A DNA stretch of 34,563 nt. Source: Patescibacteria group bacterium. Lineage in GTDB: Bacteria; Patescibacteriota; Microgenomatia; UBA8517. Below the pieces are notes generated by a model. That model was not told the origin of the DNA and ran no database searches. It was given only the letters and a program-made list of their open reading frames with translations. The translations under genes and the position numbers were made by a program. Every line of letters starts with the position of its first letter. Positions within the stretch are counted from its first letter, which is position 1. The stretch is from the NCBI GenBank assembly GCA_018826545.1, contig JAHKAL010000050.1, forward strand, positions 1 through 34,563, read 5' to 3'. Shown here piece by piece: positions 25,792 to 33,697 of this stretch.

Positions 25792-26255
25792 TGTATTATT
25801 TGATACATCCAACCTGTTGAACACCAAGAAACATCATCTGTAATAACTCCCTTATCATCACTTTTATTTTCCAAGCAAGATGAAAGTGTAAAAGATTCAT
25901 TATCTGTCTCAACTTGATATTTATAACTTTGACCATCTAGAGGATCATTGGGAAGAACAACCATATAAGTTGTTGATCCAGAAGTCCATTCCTCAGTCCA
26001 TTCACAGGCAGTTGTACCGCCAGTTCCACAACCTAAAATCTGCCCCGAAGAATTATTTCCTGGGAAACCCATCTTATCGTTATAGTAAAGCCTAAGACCA
26101 GTTCTTATGTTATAAAGGTCAGATTTTCTTTGAGCATCTCTTCCTCTTTCTCTTGCCGCATTTAAATTGGCAGATATTAAAGTAGTTATTATCCCAATTA
26201 TAGAAATAACAACCAAAAGTTCTATTAAAGTAAAACCTTTGTTTTTAAATTTCAT
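25788..26255 (-). CDS. Type IV pilin-like protein (paralog 3)
   Basis: KG|FTLIE...RGRDAQRKSDL...PNDP...LEN. Confidence 0.85.
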   Translation of the reverse strand: MKFKNKGFTLIELLVVISIIGIITTLISANLNAARERGRDAQRKSDLYNIRTGLRLYYNDKMGFPGNNSSGQILGCGTGGTTACEWTEEWTSGSTTYMVVLPNDPLDGQSYKYQVETDNESFTLSSCLENKSDDKGVITDDVSWCSTGWMYQIIQ

Positions 26256-26288
26256 AACTCTACCTTTTAGTATACGAGAAATTATTCA

Positions 26289-26837
26289 TCAAATTTCATC
26301 AAATGAAGTATTCGAACTCGTAATTGAAAAATTGCAAGTTATATTATTTCCACATTGATAGGAAACTGGCGAATTTAAACAATCTCCTCCCAAGCAATCC
26401 TGATCTTGACTGTTTTCTAGTCTTGCAAAAAGTTGGAATTTTTTACTATTCCCACTAGGAAGTCTGTAATAATAATCATAACCAGTTACAGGATCATCTG
26501 GTACTTTTTTAAAATACATAGTTCTTTCTGTTGCTGTTCCTGGATACACATCAACAAATTTACTAACACCCCAATTACAAGCAATTCCGTCTCCACCTTT
26601 TTCGTAAGGACAAGCCATAATTTTCCCTTGTCCATCCGCTGGAGGATAAAAGCCATAGTCATTAAAAAAAAGTTCCAATGCATTGGCAATTTGTTTTAAA
26701 TCAGATTTTCTTTGAGCATCTCTTCCTCTTGCTTGAGCCGTTCTAAATGCAGTACCAATTAAAGTAACTAAAACTCCTAAAATTGCCATTACCACTAAAA
26801 GTTCAACTAATGTAAAACCTTTATTTATTTTTTTCAT
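26289..26837 (-). CDS. Type IV pilin-like protein (paralog 4)
   Basis: KG|FTLVE...RGRDAQRKSDL...PDDP...LEN; likely start ATG 26837. Confidence 0.85.
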   Translation of the reverse strand: MKKINKGFTLVELLVVMAILGVLVTLIGTAFRTAQARGRDAQRKSDLKQIANALELFFNDYGFYPPADGQGKIMACPYEKGGDGIACNWGVSKFVDVYPGTATERTMYFKKVPDDPVTGYDYYYRLPSGNSKKFQLFARLENSQDQDCLGGDCLNSPVSYQCGNNITCNFSITSSNTSFDEI

Positions 26838-26838
26838 T

Positions 26839-27420
26839 TTATTTACCTTTTTCTTCCAATAATTGATTTTCATATTCCTGAATACTTATATCAACAGGAG
26901 TACTGCTAAAAGCTCTTCCGTAATTACAAATTTCATTTCCACACATAATTGCTCTTGCTTCAACTTTAGGATTATATTCCGCTTCATCTTTGCCTTCTAA
27001 GTGTGCCAGAAGTTGATACCTTTTTCCATTGGATAAATAAATAAAAGATACTCCGTCTAAATTTTTCGGGTCTATTGGAATAGGACTCATAAAGACAGGA
27101 TTGTCGAAATCGGAAAAATCAGACAAATCGTTTTTACCCCAATCACAAACCTTGATATTGACCCAAGTTTGTTTTTCTTCATCAAAATAAGTATCACTAC
27201 CTTTACATGCCAAAATCTTGCTGTCAGAAGAGCTTAAAGGAAACATACCAGTTGCATGATTATAATTTTCTAAAGCGGATTGAAGTGTTCCTAAATCATT
27301 TTTTCTTTGATTGTCTCTTGCCCTTCTTATACTTACTCTAAAATTAAAAAATGAAACGAAGGCAATTAAAAAAAGAATAATACCTACAATCCTAGTTTCC
27401 TCTTTACTAAAAAACTTCAT
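26839..27420 (-). CDS. Pilin-like protein with non-canonical prepilin leader (paralog 5)
   Basis: Body is like its neighbours (RARDNQRKNDL, FP, PIDP, LLAHLE), but the N-terminus is MKFFSKEE with no Gly-1. Confidence 0.75.
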   Translation of the reverse strand: MKFFSKEETRIVGIILFLIAFVSFFNFRVSIRRARDNQRKNDLGTLQSALENYNHATGMFPLSSSDSKILACKGSDTYFDEEKQTWVNIKVCDWGKNDLSDFSDFDNPVFMSPIPIDPKNLDGVSFIYLSNGKRYQLLAHLEGKDEAEYNPKVEARAIMCGNEICNYGRAFSSTPVDISIQEYENQLLEEKGK

Positions 27421-27480
27421 ATTTTTTAAAATTTTAGCCTCTTTATTTTATAATATTTTTTATTCTTTTTTTCTCTTTAG

Positions 27481-28146
27481 CTAAAGCTCCCAGTTTTTAC
27501 ACTCTCGTAATATATCTCCACACCAGCCATAACAAGTAGAATTTTCGAAATGTGGGTCACATTCAGGCCCAGGTCTTTCAGGATCCCAAAGTATTTTCTC
27601 ACAAACTCCATTAATGCAACCATAATAATTGACAGCTGGAGGTTCTGAAGGAACAGATGTTTCAGGTGGAACCCCCACAATTGGATCGGGTGCATTAGGA
27701 CTCGAAACAAAAAAATTGTATGCATAATATGGACCACAACCATAAGTACAACCAATTTTTTCTATATCTTTGTCTTTTGTATTTTCCAAATTAATGTAAA
27801 TCCTATACCAGGATGGGCATGTTCCCTCTACTTCAACAACATATGAAGCATCAGTTGTTGGATCACAAGGGATTTTACTTAAGTAAGGTTTTAAACCTGT
27901 ACCAGGTTTACAGATAACTAAATCAACAGTAGGGTAGCAATCATTATCCTTCTCATATTCCTCCATTGCAATTGTAATGCTATGAACATCTCCTTTTCTT
28001 TTAGCATCATTTCCTTTAAAAATTTGATTTCTTAAATAGAAAATCACTAAAGCAGCTAAAAAAACAATTATCGATACTACGATTAAAAGTTCAGTTAAAG
28101 TAAATCCTTTTTTATTTCTTTTATTTAAAAAAACGGCATTATCCAT
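27481..28146 (-). CDS. Type IV pilin-like protein with Pro-rich linker and Cys-rich C-terminal module (paralog 6)
   Basis: KG|FTLTE...DAKRKGD...PCDP...LEN, then a Pro-rich linker and a 6-Cys tail. Confidence 0.85.
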   Translation of the reverse strand: MDNAVFLNKRNKKGFTLTELLIVVSIIVFLAALVIFYLRNQIFKGNDAKRKGDVHSITIAMEEYEKDNDCYPTVDLVICKPGTGLKPYLSKIPCDPTTDASYVVEVEGTCPSWYRIYINLENTKDKDIEKIGCTYGCGPYYAYNFFVSSPNAPDPIVGVPPETSVPSEPPAVNYYGCINGVCEKILWDPERPGPECDPHFENSTCYGWCGDILRECKNWEL

Positions 28147-28880
28147 TTAAGTAAAGTCTGTCCCCAAATAAGAGTAATTAAAAAAGATACTCCTAAAAAG
28201 GGCCCAAAGGCTATTTCTTTACCAAACTTAGCCTTCTTAACTAAAATTAGTATGACTCCTACAAAACTTCCCGTCAAGAAACTTAAAAATAACCAGAGAA
28301 TGTTAAAAGGAAAAAGTAAAAATGTCGCTGGAAAAAGAGTAAATTTTACATCACCAAGCCCCATTCCTTTACCTTTAGTTAAAAGATGCAATAAAAGCAT
28401 AAAGGAAGAAAGAGAAAATCCTCCCAATAGATGTTGAAAACTATTCGCATTATCAAAAAATATAATATAAAAAAAGCTAACTGTTAACCCTAAAAATATT
28501 AACTCATCAGGAATTATTCCTTCTTCTAAATCAATTATGACAACTGAAGCAATTAAAAGATAAAAAAATAAAAATAAAATTACCTTAAATAAATCAGCCT
28601 GATAATTAAAATAGATCAAAACGAAGGATATTGAACTTATAACTTCTATTAGGGGATAACGAAAAGATATCTTCTTTTTACAATGCCTACAATTTCCTTT
28701 TAAAAAAATAAAAGAGAGTAGGGGAATGTTATCAAACCAGTTTATTTGTTTTTTACACTTTGGACAAAAAGATCTACCTTTTACAAATGGAATTTTTTTA
28801 GGAAAACGGTAAGTGAATACTCCCAGAAATGACCCAAAAATTAAGCCTAAAAGAATAACAATAAAAAAGTTTAAAAACAT
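28125..28880 (-). CDS. pilD: Prepilin peptidase
   Basis: GSFL, RSFCPKC..WFDNIP..CRHC..YPLIE, ID..IIPD, GMGLGDVK, AFGPFL. Confidence 0.95.
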   Translation of the reverse strand: MFLNFFIVILLGLIFGSFLGVFTYRFPKKIPFVKGRSFCPKCKKQINWFDNIPLLSFIFLKGNCRHCKKKISFRYPLIEVISSISFVLIYFNYQADLFKVILFLFFYLLIASVVIIDLEEGIIPDELIFLGLTVSFFYIIFFDNANSFQHLLGGFSLSSFMLLLHLLTKGKGMGLGDVKFTLFPATFLLFPFNILWLFLSFLTGSFVGVILILVKKAKFGKEIAFGPFLGVSFLITLIWGQTLLKWIMPFF

Positions 28881-28895
28881 AAAATACTTTTCACT

Positions 28896-28947
28896 AAAAA
28901 GAAGCGCACTTAAAAAACAAATAACTGCAATTAAAACTTAAGCGCGC
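28896..28947 (-). terminator. Stem-loop plus U tract downstream of the major pilin
   Basis: GCGCGCTTAA/TTAAGTGCGC 10-bp stem (one G:U) followed by TTCTTTTT on the minus strand. Confidence 0.6.
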
Positions 28948-28956
28948 GTCCTCCTT

Positions 28957-29568
28957 TTATTCTGGAATACAAACAAAACAAGAATCAGCAATACCAGAAC
29001 CAGTCCAAACAGCAGTATCTAAATCACAAACAGTCGTTTCTTCTTTAGTTCCGTCATCAGCCAATCTATATACTTTTCCATCGGTAATAGCATTTTTCTT
29101 GGTTGATTTTGCCGCCGGAATAAAGCATGCATATATAGAACCTGCTGCCGATGTGCTTTTACCTATATAAATATTCTTTGATGGATCTGTCGCACTGTAT
29201 TTTTTAATAAAATCACGATTCCTAAATTCAGTTTTAAGTTCCTCACTTGTAAGTAGAACTCCATCAACAGTACAGTCTGCTCCACAAATACCAACACCTT
29301 CATCTGATGCAGAAACAAAACCATAAGAAAATTCATTAGTATAAGTAACATCATCTACTGTTACCCAAGGAAACTCACTTCTTGCAGCAAAGTATCTATC
29401 AATTGCTGAAATAAGTTGACTTCCGTCTGCTTTAAATCTGGTATCTCTGGCTCTATTAGTCTGCTCAATAGGATTAATTGCAGCAATAACTATCATGGCA
29501 ATTGCCCCCAAAAGACCCATAACAATCAAGAGTTCAACTAAAGTAAAACCTCTTTTTAAATATTTCAT
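28957..29568 (-). CDS. Probable major type IV pilin
   Basis: RG|FTLVE...AINP..RARD. Has its own promoter, a very strong SD and a downstream hairpin; lies between pilC and pilD. Confidence 0.8.
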   Translation of the reverse strand: MKYLKRGFTLVELLIVMGLLGAIAMIVIAAINPIEQTNRARDTRFKADGSQLISAIDRYFAARSEFPWVTVDDVTYTNEFSYGFVSASDEGVGICGADCTVDGVLLTSEELKTEFRNRDFIKKYSATDPSKNIYIGKSTSAAGSIYACFIPAAKSTKKNAITDGKVYRLADDGTKEETTVCDLDTAVWTGSGIADSCFVCIPE

Positions 29569-29578
29569 TTAATGTCTT

Positions 29579-29632
29579 TCACCCCCTTTCGCAATTATAT
29601 ATCAGTATTTAGCATTTAACTTATACTGTCAA
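29579..29632 (-). promoter_or_regulatory. Major pilin promoter and strong SD
   Basis: TTGACA(29632-29627)-17 nt-AATACT; a second TATAAT at 29599-29594; SD GGGGGTGA at 29586-29579. Confidence 0.6.
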
Positions 29633-29637
29633 GATTA

Positions 29638-30843
29638 TTAAAAACTACTTGTCAAATTATAGATTGGTAAAATTACTGCAATAACCAAAAAACCAACCCC
29701 CAAACCCAATATAATCATTATTACAGGCTCTATTGCGGCTGTTAATCCTTTTACTTCTTCATCACTTTCAATTTCAAAAACATGACTTATTTTTTTTAAT
29801 ACCTCTTCCATTTTTCCAGTTTCTTCACCAACAGCTACCATCTGACTTAATATATAAGGAAACGCATCGGGGTGCCTTGCAAAAGAGAAAGCAACAGGAA
29901 AACCCTTCTCAACCTGGATGGCAGCATCCTTTAGAGCTTCTGATATAACTACATTGCCTACAACTTCTGCAGTTATATTTAAAGCTTCTAAAATTGAAAC
30001 TCCAGCACCAGACATCAAACTTAGTGTTCTGGTTAAATCTGTTAAAATAATTTGTCTTTGCAAACTTCCAAAGATTGGAATTTTAAAAATAAGCTCATCA
30101 ATTTTTCTTCTCCCTTTTGGAGTTTTTCTATAAAGGGAAAATCCATAAAATCCAGATCCGACTAAAACTAATACCAATGGCCAAAATTTAAAAATAAAAT
30201 TCGAGGTTCCAATTAAAATCTTTGTTGGAAGAGGAAGTTCTGCATTAAAATCCTGATATAAACTCATTAAACGTGGCATAACAAAAATCATCATAATAAG
30301 TGAAACTGCAAACATTCCAACAACTATTATTACGGGGTAGATCAAAGCACCTTTTACTTTGCCTTTAAATTCTTGCTGTTTTTCTATATTGTCAGCCAAA
30401 CTTGCTAAAACTTCATCCAACACTCCGCCAACTTCACCAGATTTAATTAAAGCAATATAAGTAGAAGAAAATACCTTTTTATGTTTTTCCAGAGAAGAGG
30501 ATAGAGATTCTCCTCCCTCAATATCTGAAAGAATTGTTGCCACAACTTTTTGCATAGACCCTTTTAACTGGTTTCTTAAAATATGTAAAGCCTCGGTTAT
30601 TGGAAGACCAGCATTTATCATCGTTGAAAGTTGTCTGGTAAAGGAAGTTACGTCAGAAGAAGTTACTTTTTCTTTAAGCTTTTTAATTATTCCAAAGATG
30701 CTTTCTCTCACTGGTTTTATCGTTAAAACAATTAAACCTCTTTCCCTTACTAACTTTGCTGCATGTCTCTCATCTGTAGCTTCAACTTCACCTGTAACAA
30801 GTTCATTAGATTTGTCTTTTGCTTTGTAATTAAAAAGTTTCAT
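29638..30843 (-). CDS. pilC: Type IV pilus platform protein PilC
   Basis: FNYKA..GEVEA, FTRQLSTMINAGLP, GEVGG, ALIYP, GEETG, EP, LPIY. ATG 30843 overlaps the pilT stop. Confidence 0.95.
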   Translation of the reverse strand: MKLFNYKAKDKSNELVTGEVEATDERHAAKLVRERGLIVLTIKPVRESIFGIIKKLKEKVTSSDVTSFTRQLSTMINAGLPITEALHILRNQLKGSMQKVVATILSDIEGGESLSSSLEKHKKVFSSTYIALIKSGEVGGVLDEVLASLADNIEKQQEFKGKVKGALIYPVIIVVGMFAVSLIMMIFVMPRLMSLYQDFNAELPLPTKILIGTSNFIFKFWPLVLVLVGSGFYGFSLYRKTPKGRRKIDELIFKIPIFGSLQRQIILTDLTRTLSLMSGAGVSILEALNITAEVVGNVVISEALKDAAIQVEKGFPVAFSFARHPDAFPYILSQMVAVGEETGKMEEVLKKISHVFEIESDEEVKGLTAAIEPVIMIILGLGVGFLVIAVILPIYNLTSSF

Positions 30844-31898
30844 AAGGTTCTTACAAGCCTTGTCAGTTCTTGAGGTCTTAAACTCCAACTTTGAGCAGTC
30901 TCAAGAGTAATTTTTCCAGTTCTAACTAAAGCAGCTAATGATTTTTCCAATGTAACCATTCCAGCTTCTTGAGAAGTTTGCAGAATACTTTCAATCTGAT
31001 GTGATTTCCCTTCTCTTATCGCAGTTTTTATTGCAGTTGTCCCTAGCATCAATTCATACGCAACAGTTCTTCCTTTTGGTTCAGCTTTAATTAGTCTTTG
31101 AGAAAAAACTGCTTCAATTACATTCGAAAGCTGAAGTCTAATTTGACTCTGTTGTTCTTCTGGAAAAACATCAACAACTCTATCAATAGTTTGTGCAGCT
31201 GAATTAGTATGAAGAGTTCCAAAAACCAAATGCCCAGTCTCTGCAACTGTCATTGCAGAAGATATGGTTTCCAAATCCCTCAATTCACCAATAAAAACAA
31301 TATCTGGATCTTCCCTTAAAACTGACTTTAAAGCTACCTGCCATGAGTGAGTGTCGGCCCTCATTTCTCTTTGAGATATTATTGATTTAATTGGTTTAAA
31401 TATATATTCGATAGGGTCTTCAATAGTTACTATATGAGTATTTCTAGTTTTGTTAATTTCATTTATAACAGCAGAAATTGTAGTTGATTTTCCGTGTCCA
31501 GTTGGACCTGTTACAAGAATCAATCCTTGTCTTAGGTTAACAAAACTATTAAGAATAGGAGGAAGTGATAATTTGCTGATTTCTGGAATTTCCAAAGGAA
31601 TTCTTCTAAAAGAGGCCGCAATAGATCCTTTTTGGGTATATGCATTTACACGAAATCTTGCTTTATCAGAAAAGGGGATTGCAAAATCAATTTCCTTATT
31701 AACAGTTAGTCTTTCCAATTGTTCGCTACTTAATATTTCTTTTATTAGATTTAGAGTTAATTCAGAAGTTAAAATTCCTGAGTTAGGAATAGACATCAAC
31801 TCTCCATCAATTCTTAAAGTTGGGGAAATCCCAGAGATTATATGTAAATCACTTGCATTAGAATCTATGGTCTGTTGTAATAATTCTTTTATATTCAT
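30840..31898 (-). CDS. pilT: Type IV pilus retraction ATPase PilT
   Basis: ASDLH, RFRVNAY, GPTGHGKST, EDPIE, LREDPD, GHLVFGTLHT, AIKTAIRE (AIRNLIRE-like). Confidence 0.95.
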   Translation of the reverse strand: MNIKELLQQTIDSNASDLHIISGISPTLRIDGELMSIPNSGILTSELTLNLIKEILSSEQLERLTVNKEIDFAIPFSDKARFRVNAYTQKGSIAASFRRIPLEIPEISKLSLPPILNSFVNLRQGLILVTGPTGHGKSTTISAVINEINKTRNTHIVTIEDPIEYIFKPIKSIISQREMRADTHSWQVALKSVLREDPDIVFIGELRDLETISSAMTVAETGHLVFGTLHTNSAAQTIDRVVDVFPEEQQSQIRLQLSNVIEAVFSQRLIKAEPKGRTVAYELMLGTTAIKTAIREGKSHQIESILQTSQEAGMVTLEKSLAALVRTGKITLETAQSWSLRPQELTRLVRTL

Positions 31899-31905
31899 AT
31901 TTTTT

Positions 31906-33645
31906 TTATTCCTGTGCAACTCTTAAAATTTCTTCAATAGTTGTTGCTCCTTCTAAAACTTTTAAATAACCATCTTGCTTTAAACTGATCATTCCTTCTT
32001 CTCTTGCCTGTTTTTCAATATCACTTGCAGCGGATCTAGAAAGAATAAGTTTTGAAATTTTTTCTGTCACAGGCAAAGCTTCAAAAATACCTACTCTTCC
32101 ATAATAACCCGAATTACCACATTCCTGACATCCTTTTCCTCTATAAAATAGTATTTGTTTTCCTTCTGGCCACAAATTTCCTAAAGTTGCTTTAATTTCT
32201 TCAATAACTTTTGGATCAGGTTGATAACTCTCTTTACAACCTTCATGGATTTTTCTTACAACTCTTTGAGCAGCAATTGCCGTCATTGAGGAAGCTAAAA
32301 GATATGGTTCTGCACCCATATCAAGAAGTCTGGGAAGAGCTCCTGATGCATCGTTGGTATGAAGTGTTGAAAAAACTAAATGTCCAGTAAGAGAAGCTTG
32401 CACCGCCAAATCAGCAGTTTCCTGATCTCTAATTTCACCAACCAGAATAATATTTGGATCTTGTCTTAAAAAGGATTTTAAACCTGAGGCAAAAGTAAGA
32501 CCTGCTGCAGGATTTACTTGAACTTGATTAACCCCTTGGATTTTATACTCAATAGGATCCTCCAATGTAACTATATTTACTTTAGCAGTATTTATCTTTG
32601 AAATAATCGAATAAAGAGTTGTTGTTTTACCTGAACCTGTAGGTCCACAAATAAGAATAATTCCATGAGGTCTTAAAATCGCCTCCTCTAGGGTTTTGAG
32701 CCCCTGACCTCTAAGCCCAAGTTCGGGAAGATCTGGAACCCCACCTGTTTTTTTTAATAGCCTCATTACGATTTTTTCTCCCCATGTGGTTGGAAGTGAG
32801 GAAACACGAAGATCAACGTCTTCATCCGCCCCTTTGAAATTAAATCTTCCGTCTTGAGGAATCCTTTTTTCAGAAATATTCATTCCTCCCAAGATTTTTA
32901 TCCTTGAAATTAATGCATCATGAAGTTCTTTAGGAATAGTTAGCTTTTCTTGCAAAATCCCATCAATTCTATAACGAACTCTTGTTGATTTTTCCTCAGG
33001 TTCAATGTGAACATCGCTAGCTCTCGCCCTAACCGCAAATTCCAAAATATGACTTACTATTTCAGCAATTTTTTCTTCTCTTATAAAACCTGTTTTTGAA
33101 CCATTTAAAGTTTTAATTCTATCCTTGTCAGTTGACACATCTTTTAGGGCACTTGTTACTTCTTTAGATAAAGAAGTAGAATATTTTGTAGAAATTAAGT
33201 CTTCAATTTTTGAAAGTGAAGAAATATTTGCCTTTACCCTTAATCCTGTTTTTTGTTCAATAAATTCAATTGCGGTTAAATTCATTGGATCAGCCATCGC
33301 AATGACAATCTGACCTAGTTTTTTATCAATTGAAACTGGAAATACTTTGAACTTTTCAGCAACTTCTTGGGAAAGAGTTGCCATTGCCTCTGGTGAAACT
33401 GGAAAAGTATCTAAACTAAAGTAATCAATATTATAAAGTTTTGCTTTTGCCTTAACTAAATCTTCTTCAGATACAATATTTAGTTTTTTTAATAATTCCT
33501 CTTGTGAAGTACCTTGTTGAATTTCTGTTAATTTAACTTCTTCTGCTTTTTTTTGATCCAAAACCCCAAATGAAACCAAAATATCAGCAAGTGAATTTAA
33601 TTCATTTACTGAACTATTAACATTCCCAGCAGGCTGAGCAGGCAT
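31906..33645 (-). CDS. pilB: Type IV pilus extension ATPase PilB
   Basis: ASDVHIEP, RYRIDG, PQDGR, GPTGSGKTT, LRQDP, GHLVFSTLHTN, GCQECG..GY.GR. ATG 33645 chosen from promoter position; the ORF track starts at 33654. Confidence 0.95.
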   Translation of the reverse strand: MPAQPAGNVNSSVNELNSLADILVSFGVLDQKKAEEVKLTEIQQGTSQEELLKKLNIVSEEDLVKAKAKLYNIDYFSLDTFPVSPEAMATLSQEVAEKFKVFPVSIDKKLGQIVIAMADPMNLTAIEFIEQKTGLRVKANISSLSKIEDLISTKYSTSLSKEVTSALKDVSTDKDRIKTLNGSKTGFIREEKIAEIVSHILEFAVRARASDVHIEPEEKSTRVRYRIDGILQEKLTIPKELHDALISRIKILGGMNISEKRIPQDGRFNFKGADEDVDLRVSSLPTTWGEKIVMRLLKKTGGVPDLPELGLRGQGLKTLEEAILRPHGIILICGPTGSGKTTTLYSIISKINTAKVNIVTLEDPIEYKIQGVNQVQVNPAAGLTFASGLKSFLRQDPNIILVGEIRDQETADLAVQASLTGHLVFSTLHTNDASGALPRLLDMGAEPYLLASSMTAIAAQRVVRKIHEGCKESYQPDPKVIEEIKATLGNLWPEGKQILFYRGKGCQECGNSGYYGRVGIFEALPVTEKISKLILSRSAASDIEKQAREEGMISLKQDGYLKVLEGATTIEEILRVAQE

Positions 33646-33646
33646 A

Positions 33647-33681
33647 TAGTTCATTATGAACTAATTAAGTTTTTCTAGCAA
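33647..33681 (-). promoter_or_regulatory. pilB operon promoter overlapped by an 8-1-8 palindrome
   Basis: TTGCTA(33681-33676)-17 nt-CATAAT(33658-33653); TAGTTCAT-T-ATGAACTA at 33647-33663. Confidence 0.55.
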
Positions 33682-33697
33682 GTATCCTAAAATAATT

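Noticed and set aside
187..33313. Other short ORF-track entries nested in or antisense to long genes (e.g. 187-510, 4421-4684, 11830-12078, 31450-31926)
   Set aside because: They overlap well-supported genes and have no motifs or start signals.
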